Part shown: one piece after another, positions 22,716 to 35,698 of the stretch
Numbering within the stretch: position 1 is the first letter of the stretch
Layout of the letters: each line of letters begins with the position of its first letter
Assembly: GCF_006345805.1 (NCBI RefSeq)
Contig: NC_043010.1
Coordinates: forward strand, 9,672,001 to 9,736,000
From: Octopus sinensis
Taxonomy: Eukaryota
Length of the DNA stretch: 64,000 bases
Direction of reading: 5' to 3'
Notes under the pieces: generated by a model
What the model was told of the DNA's origin: nothing
The model's input: the letters and a program-made list of their open reading frames with translations, nothing else
Database searches by the model: none
Translations under genes and position numbers: made by a program

Positions 22716-23926
22716 CTACTACCACTGCTGCCATCGCAGCTCAATATAAACTTCAGGACACCATCTTCACTACAAGCATAAACAAAACAAAAAAAACCAT
22801 CGCCATCACCACATTCACCACCGTCATCATCATCACTATAACCATCAGCTAACATCATCGCAGCCCACCACCACCCCCTCTGTTTATCAACAGAGTTCAA
22901 CACCACCTCCACCAGCATCAGTACCAGCATTAACACCATTAATGCCACCACCACTACCTCCACTAACATCACTCCTTACTACTGCCACAACCATTCTCAT
23001 CACCCCCAACCACCTTCACTACCACAACCACCACAACCACCACCATCACCACCACCACCACCGTAATTATTACAGCTCAACTACACCACCTCTACCACCA
23101 CCACCACCACCACCACCACTTAGAGCCATATCGTACAATATAGAAGAACTGTGACTGACTGGAAACTGGTCTCTCATCAATTTTCTGATTGTCTGATATT
23201 GCAAGGAAATGGATCACTTAATAAAGGCGGCAGAAGATAGTCCTCACTGATAGAGGAAGAGATTCTTCTTCCCTTCTCCTCCTACTATTTTTCAATGTTG
23301 TCCTCTTCCCCCCCCCGGCACCCCAACCCCATCCTGCGGCTCCCCCCTGACACTGAACTCCCCTCAATGGCCTGGATGGTTGGATGGTTGGATGGATGGT
23401 TGGCTGGCCTGATCTAACTTGACATTTTACTTGTTCACAGCTCAGCTCTCCTCACACACACACAAGGAGTTGATATCAATCTAACAGATATCCTTTTTTC
23501 TTCACACTTTTAGCCTATCTCACTGCTTGAACTGGGAGAGAGAGCGAGAGCGAGAGCGAGAGTGGAAATGGGGAAGAGGGGGATAAAATGAATGAATGAA
23601 AGAATGAATGAATTACTGAAAGAAGGAAGGGAGAGATGGCTGGCTGGCTGAATGAATGAATGATGTGTCCTACACACTATTACAGCTTCATACTTTAGGT
23701 GTGTGGTACAGCCTAGATATTTATTTATTCATTTTTTTTCATTTTTAGTTCTTTCTTTCTTTCTTTCTTTCTTTAGCAGTGGAAACTTTTCAGAAGTAGT
23801 GGAGGTGGGGTAGTGGGGGTATTTTCAGAAGTAGTGGAGGTGGGGTAGTGGGGGTATTTTTCTCCCAGTTTTCCTTTCATTCATATTGATATTTGCATCT
23901 TGTTTGTTGTCTATATTTATCTAATA

Positions 23927-24138
23927 AGGCGGCGAGCTGGCAGAATCGTTAGCACGCCGGGCGTTCTGCCTTTACGTTCTGAGTTCAAATTCCACCGAGG
24001 TCGACTTTGCCTTTCATCCTCTCGGGGTCGATAAATAAAGTACCAGTTTCGCACTGGGTCGATGTAATCGACTTAATCCCTTTGTCTGCCCTTGTTTGTC
24101 CCCTCTATATTTAGCCCCTTGAGGGCAGTAAAGAAATA
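23927..24138 (+). mobile_element. SINE A1
   Basis: aaggcggcgagctggcagaatcg to gtaaagaaata, with a short internal deletion. Confidence 0.88.
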
Positions 24139-24235
24139 TATATTTCTCTAATGACGATGACACAGCTAGCCAAGTCGATACTGCTATCAAAACTGCTCAC
24201 CAAAATAGGTAATGGGTTTATTATATTCAAGCATA

Positions 24236-24995
24236 GCTCTCTTTTTACTCTTTTTACTTGTCTTCAGTCATTTGACAGTGGCCATGCTGGAGCACCGCCT
24301 TTAGTCGAATCAAATCGACCCCAGGACTTATTCTTTGTAAGCCTAGTACTTATTCTATCAGTCTCTTTTGCCAAACTGCTAAGTTACGGGGATGTAAACA
24401 CACCAGCATCGGTTGTCAAGCAATGTTGGGAGGACAAACACAGACACACAAACACATGCACACACATACAAACACACACACGCATGTATATACATATATA
24501 CGATGGGCTTCTTTCAGTTTCCATCTACCAAATCCACTCACAAGGCTTTGGTCCACCCGAGGCTATAGTAGAAGACACTTGCCCAAGTGGGACTGAAATA
24601 GTTCAGCTGATTGATGTCTTGAAAGCCTCGATCTTATATTTGTTGAAAGTTGAAGTATTTTCACATGATGCCATAGTACTTATTCTATTGGTCTCTTTTG
24701 CCAAACCGCTAAGTTATGGGGATGTAAACACACCAGCATCGGTTGTCAAGCGATGTTGGGGGGATAAACACAGACACACAAACATATTCACACATATACA
24801 TACATATATATATATATACATACATATATACGACGGACTTCTTTCAGTTTCCGTCTACCAAATCCACTCACAAGGCTTTGGTCGGCCCGGGGCTATAGTA
24901 GAAGACACTTGCCCAAGGTGCCACGCAGTGGGACTGAACCCTGAACCATGTGGTTGGTAAGCAAGCTACTTACCACACAACCACTCCTACGCCTA
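24236..24995 (-). mobile_element. Two partial SINE B copies (24236-24590 and 24676-24995)
   Basis: Body ctattctatc..gccaaac.gctaagtta occurs twice; single head at about 24995. Confidence 0.8.
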
Positions 24996-25467
24996 ACTAT
25001 AAATTTATTTTATTTATGTTTATCTTTCCTCCATCATCTCTATTTTCACTTTATTTATTATTCTAGTTTTATTTACTTTACTTTATCCCTAATCATATTC
25101 TAATCAACCTGTAAACTCTTCACCTGGGCATATAATAATAATGCAAATCATAAACTGTAATATTTAGTCTGATGAATTGAATTGATAGGTCTATATATGG
25201 CATCCCAAGGTACCTCTTTATTTTCTCTGATGAAATTATGCTCATGTCACATAAATACAAATTTAATGTACAAATTTGTAATTAAATTATTGAGTATTAA
25301 TTGAAATATCTGTAAGAAGTGAAGATGACCAATTTATCAATAATAAATAATTAACTTCCTTATCTCCATTTTCTTTCCTTCTTTTAACTGGATATAAACT
25401 ATATATATATACATATATATATATATACACATATATATATATATACATATATGTATATATATATATC

Positions 25468-25499
<32 letters not shown>

Positions 25500-25502
25500 C
25501 AC

Positions 25503-25562
<60 letters not shown>

Positions 25563-26129
25563 GTATATACATATATATATATGTATATGTATGTATATAT
25601 ATATATATATATATAGGTGTACCTGGTAATTCCCAGGGGTAAAGATGTTCTATTGAAACACCTTATTAGTCTGATATAAGAATGCAATTTTGTTATAACT
25701 GCCACAAAAGGTGTATTTTTCCGTCACGAAAACGTACAAAAACTGTCAGCTGGATGAGGGAGAGGTTTTTGAAGGCTGGTTAAACAGATTGGCAGAGGTT
25801 GGTGAGAGAGGTTGTCGAGAGAGGTTTTTGGAAGTTGGAGAGAGAGGTTGGCGAGTTAGTTCTTTGGAGATGTTGAAAAAACGTGTATTGATGCAATGTA
25901 TAAATTAATTACAACATTACGTACATAACCGTTTAGATATTGAATTAGAATATGCATTCATGAAAATGTTGTATGAACTGTAAATAAGCAATAAATATTA
26001 TGATTTGTAAAATAAGTATAACTGATACAGGGTGTCGCGAGTCAGTGTGATGTCGAAGTTTGGTTTCAGTTTTTAAGAATTTTATGCATTCAAAGTATGA
26101 GTTCATTGTACTGAGACAAATTTATGAAA

Positions 26130-26192
26130 TCATCATCATCATTTAGCGTCCGCTTTCCATGCTGGCATGGGTTGGACGGTGCAACTGGGGTT
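26130..26192 (-). mobile_element. RTE-LINE 3' UTR, extreme 3' fragment
   Basis: catcatcatttagcgtccgctttccatgctggcatgggttggacgg. Confidence 0.75.
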
Positions 26193-26326
26193 TGTGTATG
26201 TGAGTATGTATGTATACTTGTCTTCTCTTTCTCTTTTCAATGTAGTGAAAATTTTGATCTGTCACCGAGTTGATAGCAAGGTTCTGAGGGAAAGTATTGT
26301 TATTTAACTGTCATCTTTAAAATCCT

Positions 26327-27485
26327 ATGTATGTATGTTTGTGTATGTATGTATGTATGTATGTATGCATGTATGTATGTATGTATGCATGTATGTATGT
26401 ATGTATGCATGTATGTATGTATGTATGCATGTATGTATGTAGGTATGTATGTATGTATGTATGTTTGTATGTATGTATGTATGTATGTTTGTATGTATGT
26501 ATGTATGTATGTATGTTTGTATGTATGTATGTATGTATGTATGTATGTATGTATGTATGTTTGTATGTATGTATGTATGTATGTATGTTTGTATGTATGT
26601 ATGTATGTTTGTATGTATGTATGTATGTATGTATGTTTGTATGTATGTATGTATGTATGTATGTTTGTATGTATGTATGTATGTATGTATGTTTGTATGT
26701 ATGTATGTATGTATGTATGTATGTATGTTTGTATGTATGTATGCATGCATGTATGTATGTATGTATGTTTGTATGCATGTATGCATGCATGTATGTATGT
26801 ATGTATGTATGTATGTATGTATGTATGTATGTATGTATGTATGTATGTATGTATGTATGTATATGCATGCATGTATGTATGTATGTATGTATGTATGCAT
26901 GTATGTATGTATGTATGTATGTATGTATGCATGTATGTATGTATGTATGTATGCATGTATGTATTTATGTATGTATGTATGAATGTATGTATGTATGTAT
27001 GTATGTATGCATGTATGTATGTATGCATGTATGTATGTATGAATGTATGTAGGTATGAATGTATGTATGTATGTATGTATGTATGTACGTATGTATGTAT
27101 GTATGTTTGTATGTATGTATGTATGTATGTATGTATGTATGCATGTATTTATGTATGCATGTATGTATGTATGCATGCATGTATGTATGTATGTAGGTAT
27201 GGATGTAGGTATGTATGTATGTATGTATGTATGTATGTATGAATGCATGTATGTATGTATGCATGTATGTATGTATGCATGCATGTATGTATGTATGTAT
27301 GTATGTATGCATGCATGCATGTATGTATGTATGTATGTATGTATGTATGTATGTATGTATGCATGTATGCATGCATGCATGTATGTATATATGTATGTAT
27401 GTATGTATGCATTTATGTATGTATGTATGTATGTATGCATGCATGTATGTAAGTATGTATGTATGTATATATGTATGTATGCATT
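26327..27485. repeat. (ATGT)n tetranucleotide array, about 1.16 kb
   Basis: Read directly; ATGC and TTGT variants interspersed. Confidence 0.98.
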
Positions 27486-27699
27486 TATGGATATATATTT
27501 CAATGACAAAGCATGGCTCAATCTGGATGCAAAGCCAAAGAAACCCCCAAGGTGATGTGTAGAGGGATGAAAGAGCCTAGACTTCAAAACAAATATATTA
27601 ACCACATGGTTTTAGCTCAGCTGAATTCGTTGTTTCATTTGATCCTTGTTGGTAACTATTTGTTGTATCTGTCATTGTTATTACTCTTAATCCTGAATC

Positions 27700-28076
27700 C
27701 GGTCTTCACAAATGCTAGAACTGGGCGCCACTGCATAGTGCCAAGGACTCCAAATTTGCCATCAAGATGTAGGACAAGATACTTGTGAAAGCCTGGGCTT
27801 CAGAGGCCCACAGCTCTTCAATATCCTCCCGAAGAACCTGAGAGACCTGCATGGGGTGGATGCAGATGTCTTTAAAGTAGGACTGGAGCTCTTCCTGTCA
27901 GGTGTCCCAGATGAACCAACTTCACGGCAGGAGGTGCAGATGAGGGCAGCTGCATCGAACTCTCTCATGCACCAAATGGCAATTGCTAAAAAGCATTCGT
28001 GAAGTAAAATCATGTAGCAACACCAAATGGCGGTGCCCCAGCATGGCCACAGCTCGTGAGCTGAAACTAGATAAAA
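27700..28076 (+). mobile_element. 5'-truncated CR1/L2-group LINE: ORF2 C-terminus, 3' UTR and tail
   Basis: GRHCIVP..(+1 shift)..CESLGFRGPQLFNILPKNLRDL..FKVGLELFLSGVPDEP..RAAASNSL..* (stop 28000-28002); tail ggcggtgccccagcatggccacagctcgtgagctgaaactagataaaa. Confidence 0.85.
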
Positions 28077-28279
28077 TTTTTAAAAAAATAAAATAAAAAA
28101 AATTTTTTTTTTAATCTAAAAAATAGTAAATTTATGTTGAAAGACATTCTAGTCATGGCCATCCTATCTTGTTTTCAGGTTGTAGACTGCATCATCCAGT
28201 GTGTCTTTTTTTTTTTTTCAGAAACTAGAAGTAATTTGAGTGAGATCTTATTGCTATTTCTAATCACTCATCCTCCTCA

Positions 28280-28700
28280 TCATTATCGTCGTCATTGTTT
28301 AGCATCCTCCTATGCTGGTATGGGTTGGACAGTTTGACAGGAGCTGGCTAGGTAGAAGCCTGCACCAGACTCCCTGTGTCTGTTTTGGCAGGGTTTTTAT
28401 GGTCAGATGCCCTTTTCAGCATCAACTACTCCGCAGAGTAGACTGAGCACTTTTCATGTGGCACAGGTCAGTTTGGCATGGTTTTTTACAGCTGGATGCC
28501 TTTCCATATGCCAACCACTTTACAGTGCAAACTGGATGCTTTCTAATGGGGACCAGCACCAGCAGGGTCACCAAGCAACTTGCTAGGCAGGGATCCTTTG
28601 AGAAGGAGAGGGGACATTGGAGGAGGGGATCTTGTGTCAGATGATGAAAGGTTATAGTGAGACTGAGACAGAAACATATGTTTTGCTGTAGGGGAGGTAC
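28280..28700 (-). mobile_element. RTE-type 3' UTR, diverged subfamily
   Basis: catcgtttagc-like tail and ggatgccctt..gccaaccact block twice; different upstream sequence. Confidence 0.6.
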
Positions 28701-28874
28701 ATGGTTACCCAGCCAGAGAGAGAGGAAGAGAGAGAGAGAAAACCTGGACAGAAACAACATATGGAAGGAGCATACCAACACAGATTTTAGAAAATAAAGG
28801 CAAGATGAAGCCTAAGGGTAACTAAAGTGCATTAAATCAAACAAGTTGAAACTCATTCACAGCTATAGGTCCAG

Positions 28875-29612
28875 GCATGGATAGGTGATAAGAAGCTTGC
28901 TTCTCAACTACATGGTTTTGGGTTCAGTTCTACTGTATGGCAACTTGGACAAGTGTCTCCTACTATAGCCTCAGGCAGATGGAAATTGAAAGAAGTCTTG
29001 TAGATGAAAACTGAAAGAAGCTTAGTGTGTTTGTGTCTTTGTGTGTGTGTTTGTGTCTTTGTGTGTGTTTGTCCCCCACCATAGCTTGACAACTGGTGTT
29101 AGTTTGTTTACATCCCTGTAACTGAGTGATTCAGCAAAAGTGACTTATAAAAGAAGTACCAGTCTTTAAAATTCGTTCAACTAAACTCATTAAAGGCAGT
29201 GCCCCAGCATGTCTACAGTCCAGTGACTGAAACAAGTAAGAGTGACTGTGTGGTAAGTAGCTACTTACCAACCACTTTGTTCCGGGTTCAGTCCCACTTT
29301 GTGGCACCTTGAGCAGGTGTCTTCTACTATAGCCTTCGGCCGACCAAAGCCTTGTGAGTGGATTTGGTAGATGGAAACTGAAAGAAGTCCATCATATATA
29401 TGTATATGTGTGTGTGTGTCTGTGTTTACATCCCCAAACATCGCTTGACAACTGATGCTGGTGTGTTTACGTCCCCGTAACTTAGCGGTTCAGCAAAAGA
29501 GACCGATAGAATAAGTACTAGGCTTATGAAGAATAAGTCCTGGGGTCGATTTGCTCGACTAAAAGCAGTGCTCCAGTATGGCCACAGTCAAATGACTGAA
29601 ATAAGTAAACAA
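28875..29612 (+). mobile_element. Two tandem SINE B copies (degraded 28875-29240; younger 29240-29612)
   Basis: Tails cagtccagtgactgaaac (about 29216) and cagtcaaatgactgaaat (about 29585). Confidence 0.8.
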
Positions 29613-29710
29613 CAGAATATAAAAAAATACAGGAAATAACTGCACACACAGAAATATACAAACTGTTTTGCTGAACAATGACTGTGTCTGGTTAGCTAGA
29701 TATCAATATA

Positions 29711-30265
29711 TATTTCTTTATTACCCACAAGGGGCTAAACACAGAGGTATTAAGTCGATTACATAGAACCCAGTGTGTAACTGGTACTTAATTTATCGAC
29801 CCCGAAAGGATGAAAGGCAAAGTCGACCTCGGTGGAATTTGAACTCACAACGTAGTGACAGACGAAATACCTATTTCTTTACTACCCACAAGGGGCTAAA
29901 CACAGAGGGGACAAACAAGGACAGACATAGGTATTAAGTCGATTACATCGAACCCAGTGTGTAACTGGTACTTAATTATCGACCCCGAAAGGATGAAAGG
30001 CAAAGTCGACCTCGGTGGAATTTGAACTCACAACGTAGTGACAGACGAAATACCTATTTCTTTACTACCCACAAGGGGCTAAACACAGAGGGGACAAACA
30101 AGGACAGACATAGGTATTAAGTCGATTACATCGAACCCAGTGTGTAACTGGTACTTAATTTATCGACCCCGAAAGGATGAAAGGCAAAGTCGACCTCGGC
30201 AGAATTTGAACTCACAACGTAATGGCAGACGAAATACTGCTAGGCATTTCACCCGACGTGCTAAG
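29711..30265 (-). mobile_element. SINE A1 head-to-tail trimer (183-bp period)
   Basis: Junction gacgaaatacc|tatttc at 29871/29872 and 30054/30055; one head. Confidence 0.9.
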
Positions 30266-30619
30266 CAGATATAAAACACATTTTGGATATCTTTGTAAAC
30301 CAAAAGTGCTTACAACATAATTTCACAATACTAAATTACCAAGTAATATGATTCAGGCTACACATATTCGTTAGTTAATTCACTTTAACTTTATTTCATT
30401 TTTGTATGTGGTTTGCAAGATTCTTTATGGTAGTTCATGTGTTGAACAACTTTTGAAAATGTTGCAAGATACAACGAAAATTTTAGTTAGAAATAATGAG
30501 TAAATGAGTGGAAATCAAACCAGTGTGTATGTTAAATTAATAAAGCACTAAAAGAGAATGACTCTTCCCAGACACAATAAAACCACTTTAACTTAATTCT
30601 TTATATATATATCTTTTCT

Positions 30620-31022
30620 TTTCTTTTATCTTTTATTTGTTTCAGTCATTTGACTGCGGCCATGCTGGAGCACCGCCTTTAGTCGAGCAGATCGACCCCG
30701 GGACTTATTCTTTGTAAGCCCAGTACTTATTCTATCGGTCTCTTTTGCCGAACCGCTAAGTGACAGGGACGTAAACACACCAGCATCAATTGTCAAGCAA
30801 TGCTAGGGGAACAAACACAGACACACAAACACACACACATATATATATACATATATACGACAGGCTTCTTTTAGTTTCTGTCTACCAAATCCATTCACAA
30901 GGCTTTGGTCGGCCTGGGGCTATAGCAGAAGACACTTGCCCAAGATGCCACACAGTGGGATTGAACCCGGAACCATGTGGTTGGTAAGCAAGCTACTTAC
31001 CACACAGCCACTCCTGCGCCTA
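30620..31022 (-). mobile_element. SINE family B, full length
   Basis: Near-consensus head, body and tail. Confidence 0.9.
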
Positions 31023-31712
31023 AATTTCTATACATATTTTTGCTACTCCATTTATCTGTCCAAATGGCTACTTTTGTTGCCTCAGTTTAATATTAAAACT
31101 TCAACCAGCAACAAAAATAAATAAATAAATGGAAAAATTTTCCAAATTACATTCATATTGTCTTTGCTTGTTATGTTATTCTGATATATTTTGATATTTT
31201 TGATATTTTTTTATATATTGTTTAGTTAATATCAATTTCTCATACTACTATAAAGATATTTGACCACTACAGCACCATACCCACAATTTAACTACGTTGC
31301 TTCAATGACACCAGACACACATACTACAAGTGTACTGTGTATGTGCATTGTGTGTGTGCGTGTGTGTGTACATACATACACACACATACATATATACATA
31401 CATAAATATATAAATATACATATATATATATACATATACACACACATATATATATACATGTGTATATATATATATATACATATATGTATATAAATATATA
31501 GATATATATACACATATATATATACGTATATATATACATATATGCATGTGTGTATGTGTGTGTATATATATATATATACATATCATATACACATACACTG
31601 TCATGCATTCATATACATGTCTGTAAGTGCATATGCATGCATGTATAGATGTTTCACTGTCTCTGCCTCTCTCACTTTCTCTCTCTCTCTCTTTGCATAT
31701 ATATATATATAT

Positions 31713-31761
<49 letters not shown>

Positions 31762-32465
31762 TATATACATATATATATACATATACACACAACATATACA
31801 TACGTGCATACATACATATATACATACAAACATGTAAAGTGATTTGATGCACAAGTGAGGCATACATTCAACATATATGCAAAAACATAGATTTCATTAA
31901 ATGTCGGTTGATGTATTTTTTCAGACCAAAGATCTCCAGTTTCATGCATATGTGCACTCACAAGTGAAGCGGAAAGACTGTAGTATGTAGGCAAACATTA
32001 TTTTCTTTGGCTGGAAGGGTCTAAGTTACGAAGTCACTCAAGTGTCAGATTTAGATTCATTGTTTGGTAAAAGAATACAAACAATAAAATTAATATTGCA
32101 CTCAGCTCATTCCACATTAAAGTGCACTATCAGTGTCAGAAACATAATTTTTATTATATTATTAAGAAATATATATATGCTGTGCTCTGTAGTAGATGCA
32201 GTGTGTTCAATACTTCTCTATGTAAAGTTTGAGCAAAACGGTTGACATTTATATTAACATTATATGTATCTATATTCTTACATGCACACAATATCATTAT
32301 ATATAATCTATAGACTTTATACAGGTAAGCTGTTAGCATATTGTATCTCTGCTATAGATTAGAATATAGAGGATGTTTGGGCTAAATTTGATAAATTGCA
32401 TAAAAGGAAAAGAAAGCACAATATCCCATCAAAAAAATTTTTTAAACCAAATAATATTAACTAGA

Positions 32466-32637
32466 CTATGGTTCAACTTCCATCATAGTCTCAAGGTGGT
32501 TCTGGGACCTGGTGCATGTGTTTCTCACTGTATCCCTGGAAAGATCTTTGAATACCTCCTTGACCTTGGCCACCACTTGTTGTTGCATGTAGAGTGGTTG
32601 TTGTCTTTCTCAACTGTACACCACACATAGTAAGCCA
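32466..32637 (-). pseudogene. Tc1/mariner-superfamily transposase C-terminal remnant
   Basis: YYVWCTVEKDNN..(shift)..VAKVKEVFKDLSRDTVRNTCTR..LE resembles DYYVW..VE....IK..F..L....V..AC..F..RLE. Confidence 0.6.
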
Positions 32638-32660
32638 TGGTATTAAAATTAGCATAATTA

Positions 32661-33028
32661 TATTTCTTTACTACCCACAAGGGGATAAACACAGAGAAGA
32701 CAAACAAAGACAGACAGATAGATTAAGTCGATTATATCCACCCCAGTGCATAACTGGTACTTATTTAATCGACCCTGAAAGGATAAAAAGCAAAGTCGAC
32801 CTTGGCAGAATTTGAACTCAGAACGTAGCGGCAGACGAAATACCTATTTCTTTACTACCCACAAGGGGCTTAACACAGAGGGGACAAACAAAGACAGACA
32901 GATGGATTAAGTCGATTATATCGACCCCAGTGCGTAAATGGTACTTATTTAATCGACCCTGAAAGGATGAAAGGCAAAGTCGACCTTGGCAGAATTTGAA
33001 CTCAGAACGTAGCGGCAGACGAAATACC
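32661..33028 (-). mobile_element. Headless SINE A1 dimer
   Basis: Both units begin at ggtatttcgtctgcc (32844 and 33028). Confidence 0.88.
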
Positions 33029-33542
33029 TCTGAATTTGATGGAATATATATCGGTGAAATACCAGTTCAATGTGATTAATTATTCATCTCTCTCTCTCTC
33101 TAATAAATTTGAAGCCTTTTTACACAGGTATAAAAGGACAAAATTTCTCAAGTGTCAGCTTTGTAGAACCGCAATGAGATTTATGCACTGTGCACTGGAT
33201 GTGAAATACCACAAGGTATTTTACTCATAGCTCAGTCAACTGATTCAAGACCCTTTGTTAAATTTGCAACCTTTTGTGTTATTATAAGAACTGCTGATTT
33301 ACAAATGACTTTAAACAGTTCATAGTCATTATTCCAACATGATGGTGCCAAAGTAGGTTGAACCAATATCTAAAGACTAACATATAACATCCTAACAATG
33401 AGGACAAAATGATAATAAACAAAAAAAAAAAAACAAAAAGAAATGAAAAGGAAAGAAAAAAAACCCCACTTGTAAGAAATGCAGTTCCTGTCAGAATTAA
33501 TTCTACTGCTGTGATAGTTAGCAGTTATGGGAAGCTGTTGCC

Positions 33543-33573
<31 letters not shown>

Positions 33574-33618
33574 CATACATACATACATACATACATACAT
33601 ACATACATGGATATATGT

Positions 33619-33660
<42 letters not shown>

Positions 33661-34160
33661 ATATGTATATATATATATATGTATATGTTATATATGTGTG
33701 TATATATATATATGTATGTATAAATATATATGTATGTATGTATGTATATACATAGATATATGTGTGTGTTTATATGCGTATATATATATATATATATGCA
33801 TATATATATATATATATACGCATACAGACACACACAAAGGCTCTCGGCAGACTTAATATGCTACCTGGTAATGACAACAGTTATATCCACTGCTCAAAAA
33901 TATGTAGGAAGGAATTTAAGAAAAAACTAAATAAATAAATAATAAACTTAATAAATAAACTAAATAAATAATAAATCTCTGAACGAGGTATAAATAAATG
34001 AATAAATAAAACTTACAAAATCTTATAAATAAATAAAACTTACAAACAAAACTAATACACTAACACAGCATGGGAACTTTAAAAAATATTCAGTAGAGCG
34101 AAGTATATTTACATGTTCAAACATATACAGTGTTTGTCTTCATCACCATCATCGTCATCG

Positions 34161-34213
<53 letters not shown>

Positions 34214-34535
34214 GTTGTTGTCATTGTCATTGTGACACTGAATTTTTCCATGCTTGTTTTGGGTCAGGTGGAAGCAGATTTTCTATAGCCAGATTTTTCT
34301 CCTGCCACTAAACTTTACGTGTTTCCCCAGCAAAGTAATATATCCCTGTCGATGAACATGTTTCCATGGAAAATTAGAAGTGAATGGACTCTTCTTGTAG
34401 GACAGAGATGCTTGCTTAAAAATGATCACACAATATTAAGATGAAGAAGCACACCTATCCGTTTAGATCACGTAGGAACTAAACCCCCATATTTTATACA
34501 AACATACATACATACATACATGTATATATATATAT

Positions 34536-34866
34536 CTGTGCCGGTGGCATGTAAACAGCACCATCTGAACGTGGCCGATGCCAGCACCGCCTTGACCGGC
34601 TTCCGTGCCGGTGGCACGTTAAAAGCACCAACCGATTGTGGCCGCTGCCAGACCCCCCTGGCACCTGTGCCGGTGGCACGTAAAAAGCACTTACTACACT
34701 CGCGGAGTGGTTGGTGTTAGGAAGGGCATCCAGCTGTAGAAACACTGCCAGATCAGACAGGAGCCTGGTGCAGCCTCCTGGCTTCCCAGACCCCAGTCGA
34801 ATCGTCCAACCTGTGCTAGCGTGGAAAACGGACGTTAAACGATGATGATGATGATGATGATGATGA
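34536..34866 (+). mobile_element. RTE-LINE 3' UTR fragment with 3 repeat modules
   Basis: gtgccggtggca.gt modules three times; tail ggacgttaaac(gat)n. Confidence 0.85.
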
Positions 34867-34867
34867 T

Positions 34868-35134
34868 ATATTTGGAGAGAAGATTTTTTCTCAAAGAGTT
34901 AAGATTGAGAAAAGAACCTTTTCAGAAAGTCAAAAGGCACTAACCTTTGGGAAGAGATTTCACAAAGGGTGTGTGGCTTTTGCTTTTGTAGATAAGCAAG
35001 TGCTTTCAGTTCTTAACTCAAAGCACTTGCACATTTTGTGAAATCTTTTCCCAAAGGTTAGTGCTTTTTGACTTTCTAAAAAGGTTCTTTTCTCAATCTT
35101 AACTCTTTGAGAAAAAAATCTTCTCTCCAAATAT
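34868..35134. mobile_element. Fold-back MITE-like palindrome
   Basis: About 100-bp arms 34868-34966 and 35035-35134; inner hairpin gcaagtgcttt/aaagcacttgc. Confidence 0.75.
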
Positions 35135-35195
35135 TATAACTGTATCAAGGAATTTCCAAAACACTCCATATATATATATATATATATATATATAT

Positions 35196-35429
35196 CGGAG
35201 TAAGCACATAAATGTAAAACAAGGTGGAAAAAGGAGTACTCAAATACCAGAGGTAGAGTAATATGCTTTATTTAAAAGCAGCAGAAATATTACAAAAGCT
35301 CTTACTCAGAGTTTCACGTTCTCATTCGTCGGACAGTTTTGTTAAAAAAAGAAAAACACCTCTCCGACGAACAGGAACGTGAAACTCCGAGTAACAGCTT
35401 TTGTTATATTTCTGCTGCTTTTAAATAAA

Positions 35430-35430
<1 letters not shown>
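35196..35430. mobile_element. Penelope-like repeat P4 with inverted 68-bp terminal pair
   Basis: 35266-35333 is inverted at 35363-35430; each arm carries CCGACGA-stem-GAAAC; flanked by (TA)n. Confidence 0.55.
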
Positions 35431-35473
<43 letters not shown>

Positions 35474-35483
35474 ATATATATAT

Positions 35484-35698
35484 TCTTTTCTACTCTAGGC
35501 ACAAGGCCCAAAATTTTGGCGAAGGGAGTCAGTCGATTAGATCTCGACCTCAGTATGCAACTGGTACTTAATTTATCAACCTCGAAAGGATGAAAGGCAA
35601 AGTCAACCTCAGCGAAATTTGAACTCAGAACATAAAGATAGATGAAATACCGCTAAGCATCTCGCCCACTATGCTAATGTTTCTGCCAGCTCACAGCT
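35484..35698 (-). mobile_element. SINE family A (A2 tail)
   Basis: attcttttctactctaggcacaaggccc to gccagctc. Confidence 0.85.

Noticed and set aside
22169-23154. Mucin-like poly-Thr, poly-His and poly-Val ORFs
   Set aside because: A (CAC)n array open in several frames on both strands; no splice signals or unique domain
23787-23858. 35-bp tandem duplication with G-tracts
   Set aside because: Simple two-copy duplication with no further support for function
25169-25233. Two CTGATGA heptamers (hammerhead or snoRNA box-like)
   Set aside because: No downstream stem plus GAAA and no terminal stem or box pairing, in AT-rich DNA
25740-25880. Repeated GAGAGGTT motifs and a 65-aa ORF
   Set aside because: Short purine-rich degenerate repeat with no termini, homolog or recognisable domain
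27486-27555. Protein-like stretch DIYFNDKAWLNLDAKPKKPPR
   Set aside because: No acceptor AG upstream; short run-out of a microsatellite ORF
26300-27605. ORFs up to 426 aa (HTYI and MYVC repeats)
   Set aside because: Translations of the (ATGT)n array
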